64,000 nt of DNA, from positions 46,797-110,796 of the forward strand of contig JAWAXF010000002.1 of NCBI GenBank assembly GCA_038897035.1. Direction: 5' to 3'. Numbering within the stretch: the first letter of the stretch is position 1; each line of letters begins with the position of its first letter. Shown piece after piece: positions 1 to 9,824 of this stretch. The position numbers were made by a program, and so were the translations under genes. This stretch comes from Candidatus Bathyarchaeia archaeon. GTDB lineage: Archaea; Thermoproteota; Bathyarchaeia; Bathyarchaeales; DTEX01. Under the pieces are notes generated by a model. That model worked only from the letters and a program-made list of their open reading frames with translations, made no database searches and was not told the DNA's origin.

Positions 1-116
1 CATTTAACAACTAACATACAAGGACATATTTAATCTTTTCCGAACAAAAATGTACATAATCTAACCAGGGGTAGGAGAGACTAGGCCCATATTAATCGCG
101 GGAATGCATTAACTTT

Positions 117-1325
117 ATGCAAAGTTTTTACAAAGATGATCAACAAATTCATATAAATGCGGAATATATTTTAGCATTGGTTTACCGGGGCCATTGGCAC
201 TTGTCCCGCCTAGTTCAGCTGCTTGAGCTGAAAAAGAAAATTTTGGAGGAGCTTGGTAATAGGCTTAGTGAGGGGTCTAGGCTTAAGGCCAGCGGGGACC
301 ACCATTCAAGGAGAAAACCCAGGCCATGCGGAATGACGATACATACTGGCGTAGGTTGCAGCTACAGCTGCGCATACTGCTATATCTACGACATGGGCTT
401 CACAGCGAAGCCAAAGCTATATCCGCTTGAACCGGAGGAGATAGCTTACGCGCTTGCACTAAATCCATATGTTATCCAAGGGAGAACCCTGGCAGCATAC
501 GGCTCGGTGACAGAGCCATTCCTCCCAGAGACCACTAGACGGGCGATCGATTACATGAGGGAAGTGTATAGGTGGCTTAGGCCCCCAACACAAATCTCAA
601 CAAAAGCCATCCTTACGGAGGAGATATTAAGGGGAATTTCTTTGGGGGACCCGAGGACGAGCATACTCGTAACGACAGTAACTCTGTCTAATAGGAGGGT
701 TGAGCCGAGGGCCCCGGATCCAGTAGAGAGGATAAAATTTGCTGGAAGAGCCTCTATGGCTGGCTTTGCAGTCTCATTATTTATGAGGCCAATAATCCCA
801 GGGATAACTGATGCTGAGGCAGATAAGATACTTGGCTTAGCGGCGGAAAACGGTGTGAAATCTGTTGCCCTTGGATCACTTAGGGTTACTGAGAGAATCC
901 TCGCGAATCTTGGGCGCTGTGGCGCCAACATACATGAAATTAAGGGGAGACTAGCAAGGCCACCTAGGGGATCGGAGCAGGTTGAGGTTAGATCGGCCGA
1001 TTTAAAAGGGAGGATTGAAGGGATTGCTGAGGACCTAGGTCTCATGGTCTTTAAGGCCGCCTGTGAGGCAAACGTTTATGCGCACGGAAGGCACTGCGCC
1101 ATGTGTAATATGGGCCCATGCAACACCAGTGCAAAACCGGAGCAAATTGAGGATGGCGACATAATAGATCTGCTCGAGGGTTTAGGGGTCCAGCCTGAGG
1201 GGGTCGAAGTGACGGATACTGTAGTGAAGGTAGCCCTGAAGGAGAAGCTAAGAGATGATAGAATAGGGGCGATATTAGCCTTAGCAACGTATAGGAGGGC
1301 AATCTTAAAAATCCCTAAGCCATAA
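117..1325 (+). CDS. radical SAM domain protein (SplB/COG1533-like)
   Basis: 402-aa ORF with a canonical CxxxCxxC cluster motif in HTGVGCSYSCAYCYIYD. The real start may be an internal codon. Confidence 0.7.
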   Translation: MQSFYKDDQQIHINAEYILALVYRGHWHLSRLVQLLELKKKILEELGNRLSEGSRLKASGDHHSRRKPRPCGMTIHTGVGCSYSCAYCYIYDMGFTAKPKLYPLEPEEIAYALALNPYVIQGRTLAAYGSVTEPFLPETTRRAIDYMREVYRWLRPPTQISTKAILTEEILRGISLGDPRTSILVTTVTLSNRRVEPRAPDPVERIKFAGRASMAGFAVSLFMRPIIPGITDAEADKILGLAAENGVKSVALGSLRVTERILANLGRCGANIHEIKGRLARPPRGSEQVEVRSADLKGRIEGIAEDLGLMVFKAACEANVYAHGRHCAMCNMGPCNTSAKPEQIEDGDIIDLLEGLGVQPEGVEVTDTVVKVALKEKLRDDRIGAILALATYRRAILKIPKP

Positions 1326-1401
1326 ACCGCATTGGTAGGGACTGCCGTCTCCCATTGGGCAGCGTCTCAAGCAGCCCACGCAGGCCATATGATTATAAAA
1401 A

Positions 1402-1713
1402 TTGCAACATTACGTCATAGTCTTCCTAGATATTTATCCGGATCTAGGCTTGGCTACGATTCTCCCTCATGACTACATAATTTTAGGCTTCCATTATATG
1501 CATATGCCAAGAAAATATGTTGAAGAATCCCTCTTCAAGAAAGGCTTATGGGGGCAGCTGCTTAAACTTTGGCAAATCGTGGAAAATGACTATGATCTCA
1601 AGCGCCTACAGGAGGAGTTCATGTTTACAATAGAGCGGGAAAGCAAGGAAACACTAAAAAGCCTCCAAGAATGGCGCACTTTCTGGCATGAACATTTAAT
1701 GAGGGGGGCTTAG
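1402..1713 (+). CDS. hypothetical small protein
   Basis: 103-aa ORF with a charged, helical C-terminal half (from MPRKYVEESL). No recognisable motif; start uncertain. Confidence 0.3.
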   Translation: MQHYVIVFLDIYPDLGLATILPHDYIILGFHYMHMPRKYVEESLFKKGLWGQLLKLWQIVENDYDLKRLQEEFMFTIERESKETLKSLQEWRTFWHEHLMRGA

Positions 1714-1740
1714 TTTGGGGTTGTACAACCTCTCGCAAAG

Positions 1741-1756
1741 TATATGGTAGCGGGGG
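1741..1756. repeat. 16-nt direct repeat of the tRNA-Met 3-prime end (TATATGGTAGCGGGGG); second copy at 1815-1830 inside/abutting the tRNA
   Basis: Exact 16-nt identity read directly at 1741-1756 and 1815-1830, 74 nt apart. Confidence 0.8.
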
Positions 1757-1818
1757 TTAACATGCTTTGTTTCGGGAGAAGGTGCTTGGGCGCGGGCGGA
1801 CGTACGAAAAGATTTATA

Positions 1819-1896
1819 TGGTAGCGGGGGGACGATTTGAACGTCCGATCTCTGGGTTATGAGCCCAGCGGGTTAACCTGGCTACCCCACCCCGCT
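1819..1896 (-). tRNA. tRNA-Met (anticodon CAU), initiator type, CCA encoded
   Basis: Hand-folded cloverleaf: acceptor AGCGGGG/CCCCGCT, D stem GGGT/ACCC, anticodon stem CTGGG/CCCAG with loop CTCATAA, T arm GGACG-TTCAAAT-CGTCC. A1:U72 and three G:C pairs closing the anticodon stem are archaeal initiator hallmarks. A T-run (TCTTTTC) follows the CCA. Confidence 0.9.
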
Positions 1897-2030
1897 ACTT
1901 TACATAACTTAGGTTTATCTATTTTTCAAGAATAAATGGAAAAGTTCTGGTTTAAAAATTTATCTCCGGGATTTATCCGCTTTTAAGTTCATTTATCAGT
2001 TAGTTTAAGTGTTTAATTGTACATTGTTTA

Positions 2031-3212
2031 GTGATGGTGGTTGTTTTGGTTTCCAGGTATGCTGAGACTGGGGTTGATGTTAGGAAGATGGGTGTGGAGG
2101 TTTTTAGTTCTCTTCTAGATAACATTTTTCCAGGTGCTTTCTGTGTTGTTAGTGTGGATCCAGACCTACCTGGTTTTGGTATTGTTACCCATATTGATGG
2201 CGCTGGCAGTAAGCCTCTTCAGGCCTATCTCCATTGGAAGGAGACTAGCGAGCTAAGGTGGTTTAGGGGCTTGGCCCAGGATGCCCTAGCAATGAACTTA
2301 GATGATATCATTTGCGTGGGCGCTGTGCCAATAAATTTTGTCGATTATGTGGCGGTGAACCCCCTTAGAGTTGATAAGATTGGCGTGCTAGGCGCCTTAA
2401 GCGATGGCTTCAAGGAATGCCTATCCCTGCTGGATAGCTTAGGCATTAAGGTTTTCTTCTCAGGTGGTGAGACTGCGGATCTACCAGATCAGCTTAGGAC
2501 TTTGGATATTGTGGTGGCCATGAATGGGCGTGTGGAGATCTCTAGGGCCATAACTGGAAGCGGAGTTAGGCCCAATGATGTGATTATAGGCTTTAGGAGT
2601 GGGGGGAAGACAAAATACGAGAGGACTGAAAATAGTGGAATAATGTGTAATGGGATAACATTGGCACGCCTATGTCTAATGGATAAGATCTACCAAGAGA
2701 AGTATCCGGAGATAGTTGAAGCCTATGGCGGAAAGAGGTCGTATTATGGCAGGTTTAAGTTCGACGAGCATATCGATGAGCTCGGCATGACAGTTGGCGA
2801 GGCAATCCTATCGCCAACAAGATTCTACGCGCCCGTAATTCTGAGAATCCTTGAGCGCTACAGAGAGCAAATCACTGGGCTAGTCCATAACACTGGTGGG
2901 GGATTAACAAAGTGCCTGCGTGTGGGGAGGAACATTCACTACATTAAGGATAATTTGTTTGAGCCGGACCCGATCTTCAAGATAATACAGCGCGAGTCTG
3001 GCGAAGGTTGGGCGGCGATGTACGAGAATTATAATATGGGAGTTGGCTTTGAGGTGGTCGCGAGCCCTGAGGTTGCTGACGATATAATCAGCCTATCGGA
3101 GAAGTATGGTCTAGAGGCAAGGGTCATTGGAAGATGCGAAAAGAACTGTGAAGGGAATAAGTTGACCATAAAGAGCCGCTATGGAGACTTTCACTACATA
3201 TCTAATAGATAA
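2031..3212 (+). CDS. purM: AIR synthase (PurM) family protein
   Basis: N-terminal YAETGVDVRKMG, DGAGSK and SGGETADLP motifs are typical of PurM-type ATP-grasp-like cyclo-ligases. At 393 aa it is longer than a typical PurM. The start (GTG/ATG/TTG cluster) is uncertain. Confidence 0.6.
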   Translation: MMVVVLVSRYAETGVDVRKMGVEVFSSLLDNIFPGAFCVVSVDPDLPGFGIVTHIDGAGSKPLQAYLHWKETSELRWFRGLAQDALAMNLDDIICVGAVPINFVDYVAVNPLRVDKIGVLGALSDGFKECLSLLDSLGIKVFFSGGETADLPDQLRTLDIVVAMNGRVEISRAITGSGVRPNDVIIGFRSGGKTKYERTENSGIMCNGITLARLCLMDKIYQEKYPEIVEAYGGKRSYYGRFKFDEHIDELGMTVGEAILSPTRFYAPVILRILERYREQITGLVHNTGGGLTKCLRVGRNIHYIKDNLFEPDPIFKIIQRESGEGWAAMYENYNMGVGFEVVASPEVADDIISLSEKYGLEARVIGRCEKNCEGNKLTIKSRYGDFHYISNR

Positions 3213-3271
3213 GAAGCATGGAGTTATGTAATAGAGGCTGTAGCCTAATCAAAGCAACCTGGCATATTATC

Positions 3272-4636
3272 TCATTCCTCCATTTCATGCACGCGCTTAA
3301 GTAGTCTTTCGCATGCTTTCTCAACCTCCTCCAGAACCCACCCAACATTAATAGTCCTTATTTCCCTGTCTTCCATAATTATCTGTCCATCAGCCACAAC
3401 CGTTTCGACGTCTGAGGCCTTGGCGGCGTAAACCAGGTGGCTTATTTCGCTATACACTGGTTTTAGGTGTGGTCTCCTAAAATCAACTATAATTATGTCG
3501 GCCCTCTTCCCAACCTCTATAGACCCGATCTGATCGTCCCATAGGAGGGCCCTAGCACCGTCTATTGTCGCCATCCTAAGCACGGCTTCGGCCGGAAGCA
3601 ATGTTGGATCCCCATTAACCCCCTTATGCAGTAGGGCTGCGAGCTTCATAGTCTCAAACATGTCAGCCGAATTATTTGAGCATGGGCTGTCCGTGCCGAG
3701 GGCGACTATTACGCCAGCCCTAATCATATCTGGGACGGGGCTTATTCCAGAGGCGAGCTTAAGATTTGAGACCGGGTTATGTGCGACCTTAACCCCCTTA
3801 AGCCCTAGGATCTCAATGTCCCTTTCTCCTAAGTGGACGCAGTGTGCTGCGAGCACATCTGGGCCTAATATGCCAAGCGAATCAACATATTCCACAACGC
3901 TATCCTCGACGCGGATATTAAATGAATCTCTAATCTTTTGCGCCTCATCTTTCGTCTCCGCTAAGTGAATGTGCCATATTATCGGGCCTATCCCCCGAGC
4001 ATATCTATCATTAAGCTCCTCCGTCGTAGCCCTGAGCCCCTTCATGTATTCTGGGTCGACGGTATATGGCGCGTGCGGGTCTACACTAACCCGAATCCTC
4101 CCATTAGCTCCTCCATGCCACTTTGCGGCTAGATCCCTTAGGCTTCTGATATCCCGCTCCCTGCGCCATGAGAAGCATACGTGGCCGACTACGCCGCGCA
4201 ATCCGGATTCGGCGATGGCTCTAGCCTCGTTGTAATCCTCCATGTAATGGTACATCGTGTTTATGGTGGTTGTTCCGCTCATAATTGATTCTATGGCGGT
4301 TAGGAGCGAGCCTATATATATGTCATATCCAGTCATATGTCTCTCTACTGGCCAAACCCACCTTTCAAGCCACTCTTTGAGCGGGTAATCATCTGCATAG
4401 CCCCTTAATAGACTCATGGCCATATGCTGGTGGGCGTTGATTAGCCCAGGCATGACGACCTTTCCCCTAGCGTCAATCCTCTCGTATCTCGGATACTTAC
4501 GCTTAATCTCGTCACTCCTTCCGATATCAGTTATGACGCCATCCTCAATTACAACAGCCCCCTCACGTATGATCCCTTTGGTACCCATTGTGACAACAGT
4601 ACCATCAAGTATCGCGATCTCCATAAAGATACCCAA
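3272..4636 (-). CDS. mtaD: amidohydrolase, 5-methylthioadenosine/S-adenosylhomocysteine deaminase-like
   Basis: Metal-dependent hydrolase signature (GLINAHQHMAMSLLRGYADD, HLAET, AHCVH, GTDS). Likely start at MEIAILDG (4624). Confidence 0.75.
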   Translation of the reverse strand: MGIFMEIAILDGTVVTMGTKGIIREGAVVIEDGVITDIGRSDEIKRKYPRYERIDARGKVVMPGLINAHQHMAMSLLRGYADDYPLKEWLERWVWPVERHMTGYDIYIGSLLTAIESIMSGTTTINTMYHYMEDYNEARAIAESGLRGVVGHVCFSWRRERDIRSLRDLAAKWHGGANGRIRVSVDPHAPYTVDPEYMKGLRATTEELNDRYARGIGPIIWHIHLAETKDEAQKIRDSFNIRVEDSVVEYVDSLGILGPDVLAAHCVHLGERDIEILGLKGVKVAHNPVSNLKLASGISPVPDMIRAGVIVALGTDSPCSNNSADMFETMKLAALLHKGVNGDPTLLPAEAVLRMATIDGARALLWDDQIGSIEVGKRADIIIVDFRRPHLKPVYSEISHLVYAAKASDVETVVADGQIIMEDREIRTINVGWVLEEVEKACERLLKRVHEMEE

Positions 4637-4831
4637 AGCAGAAAATAATCAGCTATGCCCCTTATTTACTTTTGAGGTTCTTAGGCGCTGGAGCGCTAGA
4701 AGAATTACTGAGGAGCGATTGTTAAGTTACGTTAGCTCCCACTCTTCTTCTTACGTTAATAGGAGGGATGCCTCACACATAAATACGTGGGAAGATAAAG
4801 GATTTATTGTGAAAATTCTTGGGGGGATCTC

Positions 4832-5920
4832 ATGGAGATACTCCTCGGCCCGGATAGCTTGCGTAACTATTTTCGTGAGATCTATGGGCCTGAAGCCCGC
4901 GTTCTTAGAATTATAGAGCTTTTTTCTGGGAAGGAGAAGGGTGTGGAGCTTAAGGGCTTCGGCTACGGTACCCCATATTTAATTGAGGTCTTAGTTAACG
5001 GCGAGGTTAAGAGGGTTGTCCTTGAAACCATTAGGCCAGGCGGCTTTGGGCACGAGCACTTCTCAGACAGGGCTCAGATACTCCTTTGGCAGCACTCAGC
5101 CTTCAACAAGCTCCCAAGACATGTTAGGTCAATAGATGTTGGCGCCTTCACAACCAGCGGAACATTAAAGTCCCTTAGAGACTGTAGCGAGTTCTTTATA
5201 TTAACGGAATACGTTGAGGGTAGACCATATTACCTAGATTTAGAGGATATAAAGGCCCGAGGCGAATTAACAAGTCTTGATATAGAACGCTGCCTAGCAC
5301 TATCTGATTACCTCGTCGAGGTCCATTCGGTTAAGGGGGTTGGATTAGAATCGCTCTATATTAGGCGTGTTAGGGACCTTATTGGTCATGGCGAATGTAT
5401 TATGGGCTTGATAGATAGCTATCCACCTGGGCTGGATTACGCGGATGAGAGGACCCTAATGGAGATCGAGCGTAGATGCCTTGAGTGGCGCTGGAGACTG
5501 AAGGAAAAGACCCATAGGTGCGCCAGAGTTCACGGAGACTTCCATCCATGGAACATACTATTTCACGAGGGAACAGACTTCACAGTCCTAGATAGGAGCC
5601 GGGGTGAATGGGGCGAGCCAGCGGACGATCTAGCAGCCATGACAATAAATTATCTATTCTACTCGCTACAAGCTTACGGCGAGTTTAGAGATTCCTTCAA
5701 AAGGCTATTTGAGATATTCTGGGAAAACTACCTAAATAAGGCTGGCGACGAGGAAATTCTAACGGTCATACAGCCATATTATGCGTGGAGGGGGTTAGTA
5801 ATAGCATCGCCAATATGGTACCCAAACCTAGCAAAAGAGACAAGAATAAAGATATTCAACTTCATAAAGAGCATACTTGAAACTGAAAAGATCGATATTA
5901 AACTGAATTTGAATTTTTAA
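4832..5920 (+). CDS. phosphotransferase family kinase (APH/choline-kinase fold)
   Basis: Catalytic-loop motif RVHGDFHPWNILF followed by VLDRSRGEWGEPADD. Substrate unknown. Confidence 0.65.
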   Translation: MEILLGPDSLRNYFREIYGPEARVLRIIELFSGKEKGVELKGFGYGTPYLIEVLVNGEVKRVVLETIRPGGFGHEHFSDRAQILLWQHSAFNKLPRHVRSIDVGAFTTSGTLKSLRDCSEFFILTEYVEGRPYYLDLEDIKARGELTSLDIERCLALSDYLVEVHSVKGVGLESLYIRRVRDLIGHGECIMGLIDSYPPGLDYADERTLMEIERRCLEWRWRLKEKTHRCARVHGDFHPWNILFHEGTDFTVLDRSRGEWGEPADDLAAMTINYLFYSLQAYGEFRDSFKRLFEIFWENYLNKAGDEEILTVIQPYYAWRGLVIASPIWYPNLAKETRIKIFNFIKSILETEKIDIKLNLNF

Positions 5921-5927
5921 CTCTTAG

Positions 5928-8696
5928 TTGTTAATGTCGTTCTCTATGGATAGAAAGTCTTATAAATTTTTATTGTGGAAAAATGTCTTGGGTGTAATTA
6001 TGTTGGGGAATAAGATGAGAATTTTAGCGGGGGCTTTGCTGGTTTTACTGTTCCTAGGAATTCTCATGTCAGAGATTCCAGTCTCATACGCCCAGGTGCC
6101 AAAGGGTCCTTGGGTTGATGAAGTTGTATTCTCCGTAGAAACGGATGAGGCGAAGACCGTAGACATGCTACTTAAGAACGAGATACAAGTATACTTTAGA
6201 GATATAAGAGACTCAGAGCTATTTAAGAGGGTAAAGGCTTCGCCAGACCTCTGGTATGTTACGTCTTTTGGGCTATACTTTGAATTAACATTTAACCCCG
6301 TAGGGCCAGAGTTTCCTGCAACTGGCAAGTTGAATCCATTCTCAGTCCCACGGATAAGGGAAGCAATAAACTACTTGGTTGACAGAAAATATATCTGCGA
6401 CGAGATAATGGCTGGGATGGCTGTACCTAAGTACACAGTTTTAACACCAGCCTTCCCAGAGTACGCAAGATATGCGGATGTGGTTAGGGAGATTGAAAAG
6501 GAGTATAGTTATAATTTTGAAAAGGCTAGGGAAATTATCACTGAGGAGATGATTAAGCTCGGCGCCGAGCTAAGAGATGGGAAATGGTACTATAAGGGTG
6601 AACCAGTTACGATAATATTCCTTGTTAGAGTTGAAGATCAGAGGAGACCAATAGGCGATTATGTGGCCTCACAGCTCGAGAAGCTGGGCTTCACAGTTGA
6701 TAGACAGTATAAAACTAGTAGAGAGGCAGCGCCAATATGGATAAGAGGTAACCCGGCTGATGGGAAATGGCACATTTACACCGGCGGATGGATTGTAACC
6801 GCGGTTTCCAGGGATGATGCAGATAACTTTGGCTATTTTTACACGCCAAGAGGCGCTATGGGCCCCTTATGGAGCGCTTATAAGCCAGCACCAGAATTCG
6901 ATTACGTGGCTGGTAAGTTATGGGCCAGAGATTTTAGAACCATCGAGGAAAGAAACGACCTCATGAAGAAAGCCTTAACACTTTCAATGAAGGATTCTGT
7001 AAGAGTATGGCTGGTTAATCAGATAGCTCCCTGGCCTGCTAGAAAAGAGGTATCGCTAACGTATGATCTGGCAGCGGGCTTCTCTGGTGCAAGATTATGG
7101 CCATACACTATTAAATATGTCGATAAAGCTGGCGGCACAATTAAAATAATGTCCACGGACCTGCTTGTAGATTCGATAAATCCAGTTGGAGGAAGCAACT
7201 GGGTATATGATGCCATGTTCTATCGGGCGCTATCCGACCCAGCCGTTATACCAGACCCATTCACTGGGCTCTACTGGCCTCAGAGAGTTAAGAAGGCAGA
7301 GGTCTATGCTGAGAAAGGGTTGCCTCTTGGAGTTACACTGGATTGGGTTTCCCTGAAATTTGTTGATGAGATAACTGTGCCAACAGATGCATGGTATGAC
7401 TGGGATCCGGTGAAGCAGGAAATAATCTATGCTCCTCCTGGAACAAAAGCAAAAACAAAGACCGTGGTTTACTATGATGAGAACCTATTTAACACGAAGT
7501 TCCATGATGGAAGTAAGCTCTCACTAGCGGACATATTATTCGATTATATACTGACTTTTGATGTAGCTAAGCCTGAAAGCCCAGTATATGATGAATCAAT
7601 TGTTCCCGCGTTTGAGGCCTTCAGAGAATACTTTAAGGGCTTTAAGATAGTGAGCACGAACCCGTTAGTCATAGAATACTACTCAGATATGTTATATCTG
7701 GATGCCGAGTGGATAGTTGCTGAGGCTGCGACAAGGTTCTATCCGGAGGATCAAACTCTGCAGTGTCCTTCTCCATGGCATATGGTTGCCATCGGTTGGC
7801 TGGCTGAAGCAGATAAGATGCTGGCCTTCACGGCTGATAAGGCTGAGAGCCTTAAAGTTGAATGGATGAGCTATGTTGCAGGCCCCTCAATACCAATACT
7901 GGCCGAATACTTGGAGAAGGCTATTAGGGAGAAATTTATACCCTATAAGAACGTGCTTGGCAAGTATGTTAGCGAGGCGGAAGCCCTAGAGAGATATAAT
8001 AATCTAAAGAAATGGTATAGCGCGAAGGGCCACTTCCTCATCGGCAATGGTCCATTTTACCTAGATAAAGTTGACCCGACCGCTAGGATAGTTGTGCTAA
8101 AGGCCAATAGGGAATTCATCGATCCAGCTGATAAATGGCTTAAATTCTCTAAGCCAATGATACCGGAAGTTAAAATTGCCGCTGCGCCCACAATTGTACC
8201 GGGCTTACCTGCGGAGATCACGATTTCAGTAACATTTGAGGGCAAGCCATATGGAAAAGCGGACATGAGCTACGTTAAGTATATGATTACCAGCCCAACA
8301 GCAACCTTGACCGGAACAGCTGAGGCTGTGGCAGATGGAAAATGGGTTATTAAGCTCAAGTCGGAGGAGACAGCGCTATTAGCTGCTGGGGCGGTTAGCA
8401 TAAATGTAATAGCTGTCTCCAAATTGGTTGGTATGCCGGTGTCTGTGAGCGGAACAGCTATGATCATGAGTGAGACAGAATATCTGATGAGCGAGCTAGC
8501 AAAGGCTAAAGCCGATTATGAAGTAAAGCTGTCGGATCTAAAAACTGGGCTGGAAAGGAGAATTAATGAGATTAATGCGAGGATTGATGAACTAAAGGAT
8601 GCAATCGGCACGGTTACGACGATTATGTGGATTAGTATAGTAGCCATAATAATTTCTATAGTGGCGATAATACTCCCAATACTAAGAAAGAAGTAA
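5928..8696 (+). CDS. ABC transporter substrate-binding protein (family 5, peptide/oligosaccharide type) with C-terminal stalk and membrane anchor
   Basis: Likely start at 6015 (MRILAGALLVLLFLGIL signal-like segment). The body resembles Opp/Dpp-type SBPs. The C-terminus has a beta-rich segment, a coiled-coil-like stretch (LAKAKADYEVKLSDLKTGLERRINEINARIDELKD) and a hydrophobic helix ending in RKK. It lies first in an operon with two permeases and two ATPases. Confidence 0.8.
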   Translation: MLMSFSMDRKSYKFLLWKNVLGVIMLGNKMRILAGALLVLLFLGILMSEIPVSYAQVPKGPWVDEVVFSVETDEAKTVDMLLKNEIQVYFRDIRDSELFKRVKASPDLWYVTSFGLYFELTFNPVGPEFPATGKLNPFSVPRIREAINYLVDRKYICDEIMAGMAVPKYTVLTPAFPEYARYADVVREIEKEYSYNFEKAREIITEEMIKLGAELRDGKWYYKGEPVTIIFLVRVEDQRRPIGDYVASQLEKLGFTVDRQYKTSREAAPIWIRGNPADGKWHIYTGGWIVTAVSRDDADNFGYFYTPRGAMGPLWSAYKPAPEFDYVAGKLWARDFRTIEERNDLMKKALTLSMKDSVRVWLVNQIAPWPARKEVSLTYDLAAGFSGARLWPYTIKYVDKAGGTIKIMSTDLLVDSINPVGGSNWVYDAMFYRALSDPAVIPDPFTGLYWPQRVKKAEVYAEKGLPLGVTLDWVSLKFVDEITVPTDAWYDWDPVKQEIIYAPPGTKAKTKTVVYYDENLFNTKFHDGSKLSLADILFDYILTFDVAKPESPVYDESIVPAFEAFREYFKGFKIVSTNPLVIEYYSDMLYLDAEWIVAEAATRFYPEDQTLQCPSPWHMVAIGWLAEADKMLAFTADKAESLKVEWMSYVAGPSIPILAEYLEKAIREKFIPYKNVLGKYVSEAEALERYNNLKKWYSAKGHFLIGNGPFYLDKVDPTARIVVLKANREFIDPADKWLKFSKPMIPEVKIAAAPTIVPGLPAEITISVTFEGKPYGKADMSYVKYMITSPTATLTGTAEAVADGKWVIKLKSEETALLAAGAVSINVIAVSKLVGMPVSVSGTAMIMSETEYLMSELAKAKADYEVKLSDLKTGLERRINEINARIDELKDAIGTVTTIMWISIVAIIISIVAIILPILRKK

Positions 8697-8712
8697 CCAC
8701 TACTTTTTTATT

Positions 8713-8756
8713 CTTCCTCTTCACCTATTTTTTCTTTAGATTGTGAGGAAAGAAGG
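8713..8756 (+). promoter_or_regulatory. imperfect intercistronic stem-loop between SBP and permease genes, preceded by a T-run
   Basis: CTTCCTCTTCAC (8713-8724) is imperfectly complementary to GTGAGGAAAGAAGG (8743-8756). CTTTTTTATT lies just after the SBP stop. This could uncouple SBP and permease mRNA levels. Confidence 0.25.
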
Positions 8757-8759
8757 ATA

Positions 8760-9821
8760 ATGCTTCCAAGAATAGTGAAGTATGTACTAAAGCGCGCCAT
8801 CATACTTTTCATAACGGTGGTCATCGCAGTTTATGTAACAATTTGGATTGCAAATATGGGCGGATACGTTGATGAAATAGTTAAAAGCGATATACTTTTT
8901 TGGGTTTCTCAAAGTGTTCGGCAGAATCCGGCATATAAGGGATTAAATGAAACCCAGATAACAAAGATAATAAGCGAGATTTATGATAATGAGCTGAAGA
9001 AAATAGGCTTTGATAAACCATTCATATATAGAAGCTTCATTTACTTGAAGGATGCTATAACGCTTAGCCTTGGAAGGGCATTATTCTTAAGCAGCGATAG
9101 CGGATCAAAAAGTGTCCGCATAATAATTCTTGAAAGACTGCCAAACACTGTTCTCCTATTCACAACAACGCAGCTGATCCTATTCTTCATAGGGCTATTT
9201 TTCGGATTATTCCTCTCTAGGAGGTATGGAAGTTTTTTGGATAGACTCTCTGTTTTGCTTGCTCCTCTCTCGTCCTTACCAGGATGGTTTTATGGAATAT
9301 TCCTCATACTAATCTTCGCGTCATTCCTGAGACTGTTGCCATATGGAGGCATGGTTGATGTCCCGCCGCCAGCAGATAAGCTGGCATATGCATTAAGCGT
9401 CCTAAAACATATGACCCTACCGGTCTTATCGTGGCTAATAGCCTACTCCTTCATAAATGTCTACGTGAGAAGAACCTTCTTCCTAATGTTTTCAAGCGAG
9501 GATTACGTGGAATTTGCAAAGGCTAAAGGCTTACCCGACTCTTTAATACAAAGGAGGTATATACTCAGACCAACATTACCACCAATAATAACCGACTTCT
9601 CATTAACGTTAATCGGCTCATGGATGGGGGCAATAATAACTGAGAGAGTATTCAACTGGCCTGGAATAGGAAGCCTATTCTACGCGGCATCCATAATGTT
9701 CGATACACCAGTACTTGTAGGACTCGTTGTCATATATGCATACCTTCTCGCAGCAACAGTTTTCGCTCTTGAATTTATATACGCAATCCTGGACCCAAGA
9801 ATCAGGGCTGGAGGAACATAA
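8760..9821 (+). CDS. ABC transporter permease (DppB/OppB type)
   Basis: 353-aa polytopic membrane protein in operon position with the C-terminal LDPRIR motif typical of this permease family. Confidence 0.85.
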   Translation: MLPRIVKYVLKRAIILFITVVIAVYVTIWIANMGGYVDEIVKSDILFWVSQSVRQNPAYKGLNETQITKIISEIYDNELKKIGFDKPFIYRSFIYLKDAITLSLGRALFLSSDSGSKSVRIIILERLPNTVLLFTTTQLILFFIGLFFGLFLSRRYGSFLDRLSVLLAPLSSLPGWFYGIFLILIFASFLRLLPYGGMVDVPPPADKLAYALSVLKHMTLPVLSWLIAYSFINVYVRRTFFLMFSSEDYVEFAKAKGLPDSLIQRRYILRPTLPPIITDFSLTLIGSWMGAIITERVFNWPGIGSLFYAASIMFDTPVLVGLVVIYAYLLAATVFALEFIYAILDPRIRAGGT

Positions 9822-9824
9822 AGC

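Noticed and set aside
551-1045. Numerous long ORFs antisense to, or out of frame with, strong genes. Examples: 551-1045(-), 3660-4235(+), 20129-20608(+), 21314-21862(+), 19100-19588(-), 32997-33566(-), 37445-37807(-), 55165-55554(-) and 57663-58091(+).
   Set aside because: Each lies wholly inside a gene with clear family motifs on the other strand or frame. Their translations are Ser/Leu/Pro/Arg-rich with no motifs. These are shadow ORFs.
1757-1818. A possible second or split tRNA between the two copies of the tRNA-Met 3-prime end.
   Set aside because: The reverse complement has no T-arm (GTTCRANYC) or D-arm consensus, and no 5-prime acceptor strand to pair with the duplicated CCCCGCT.
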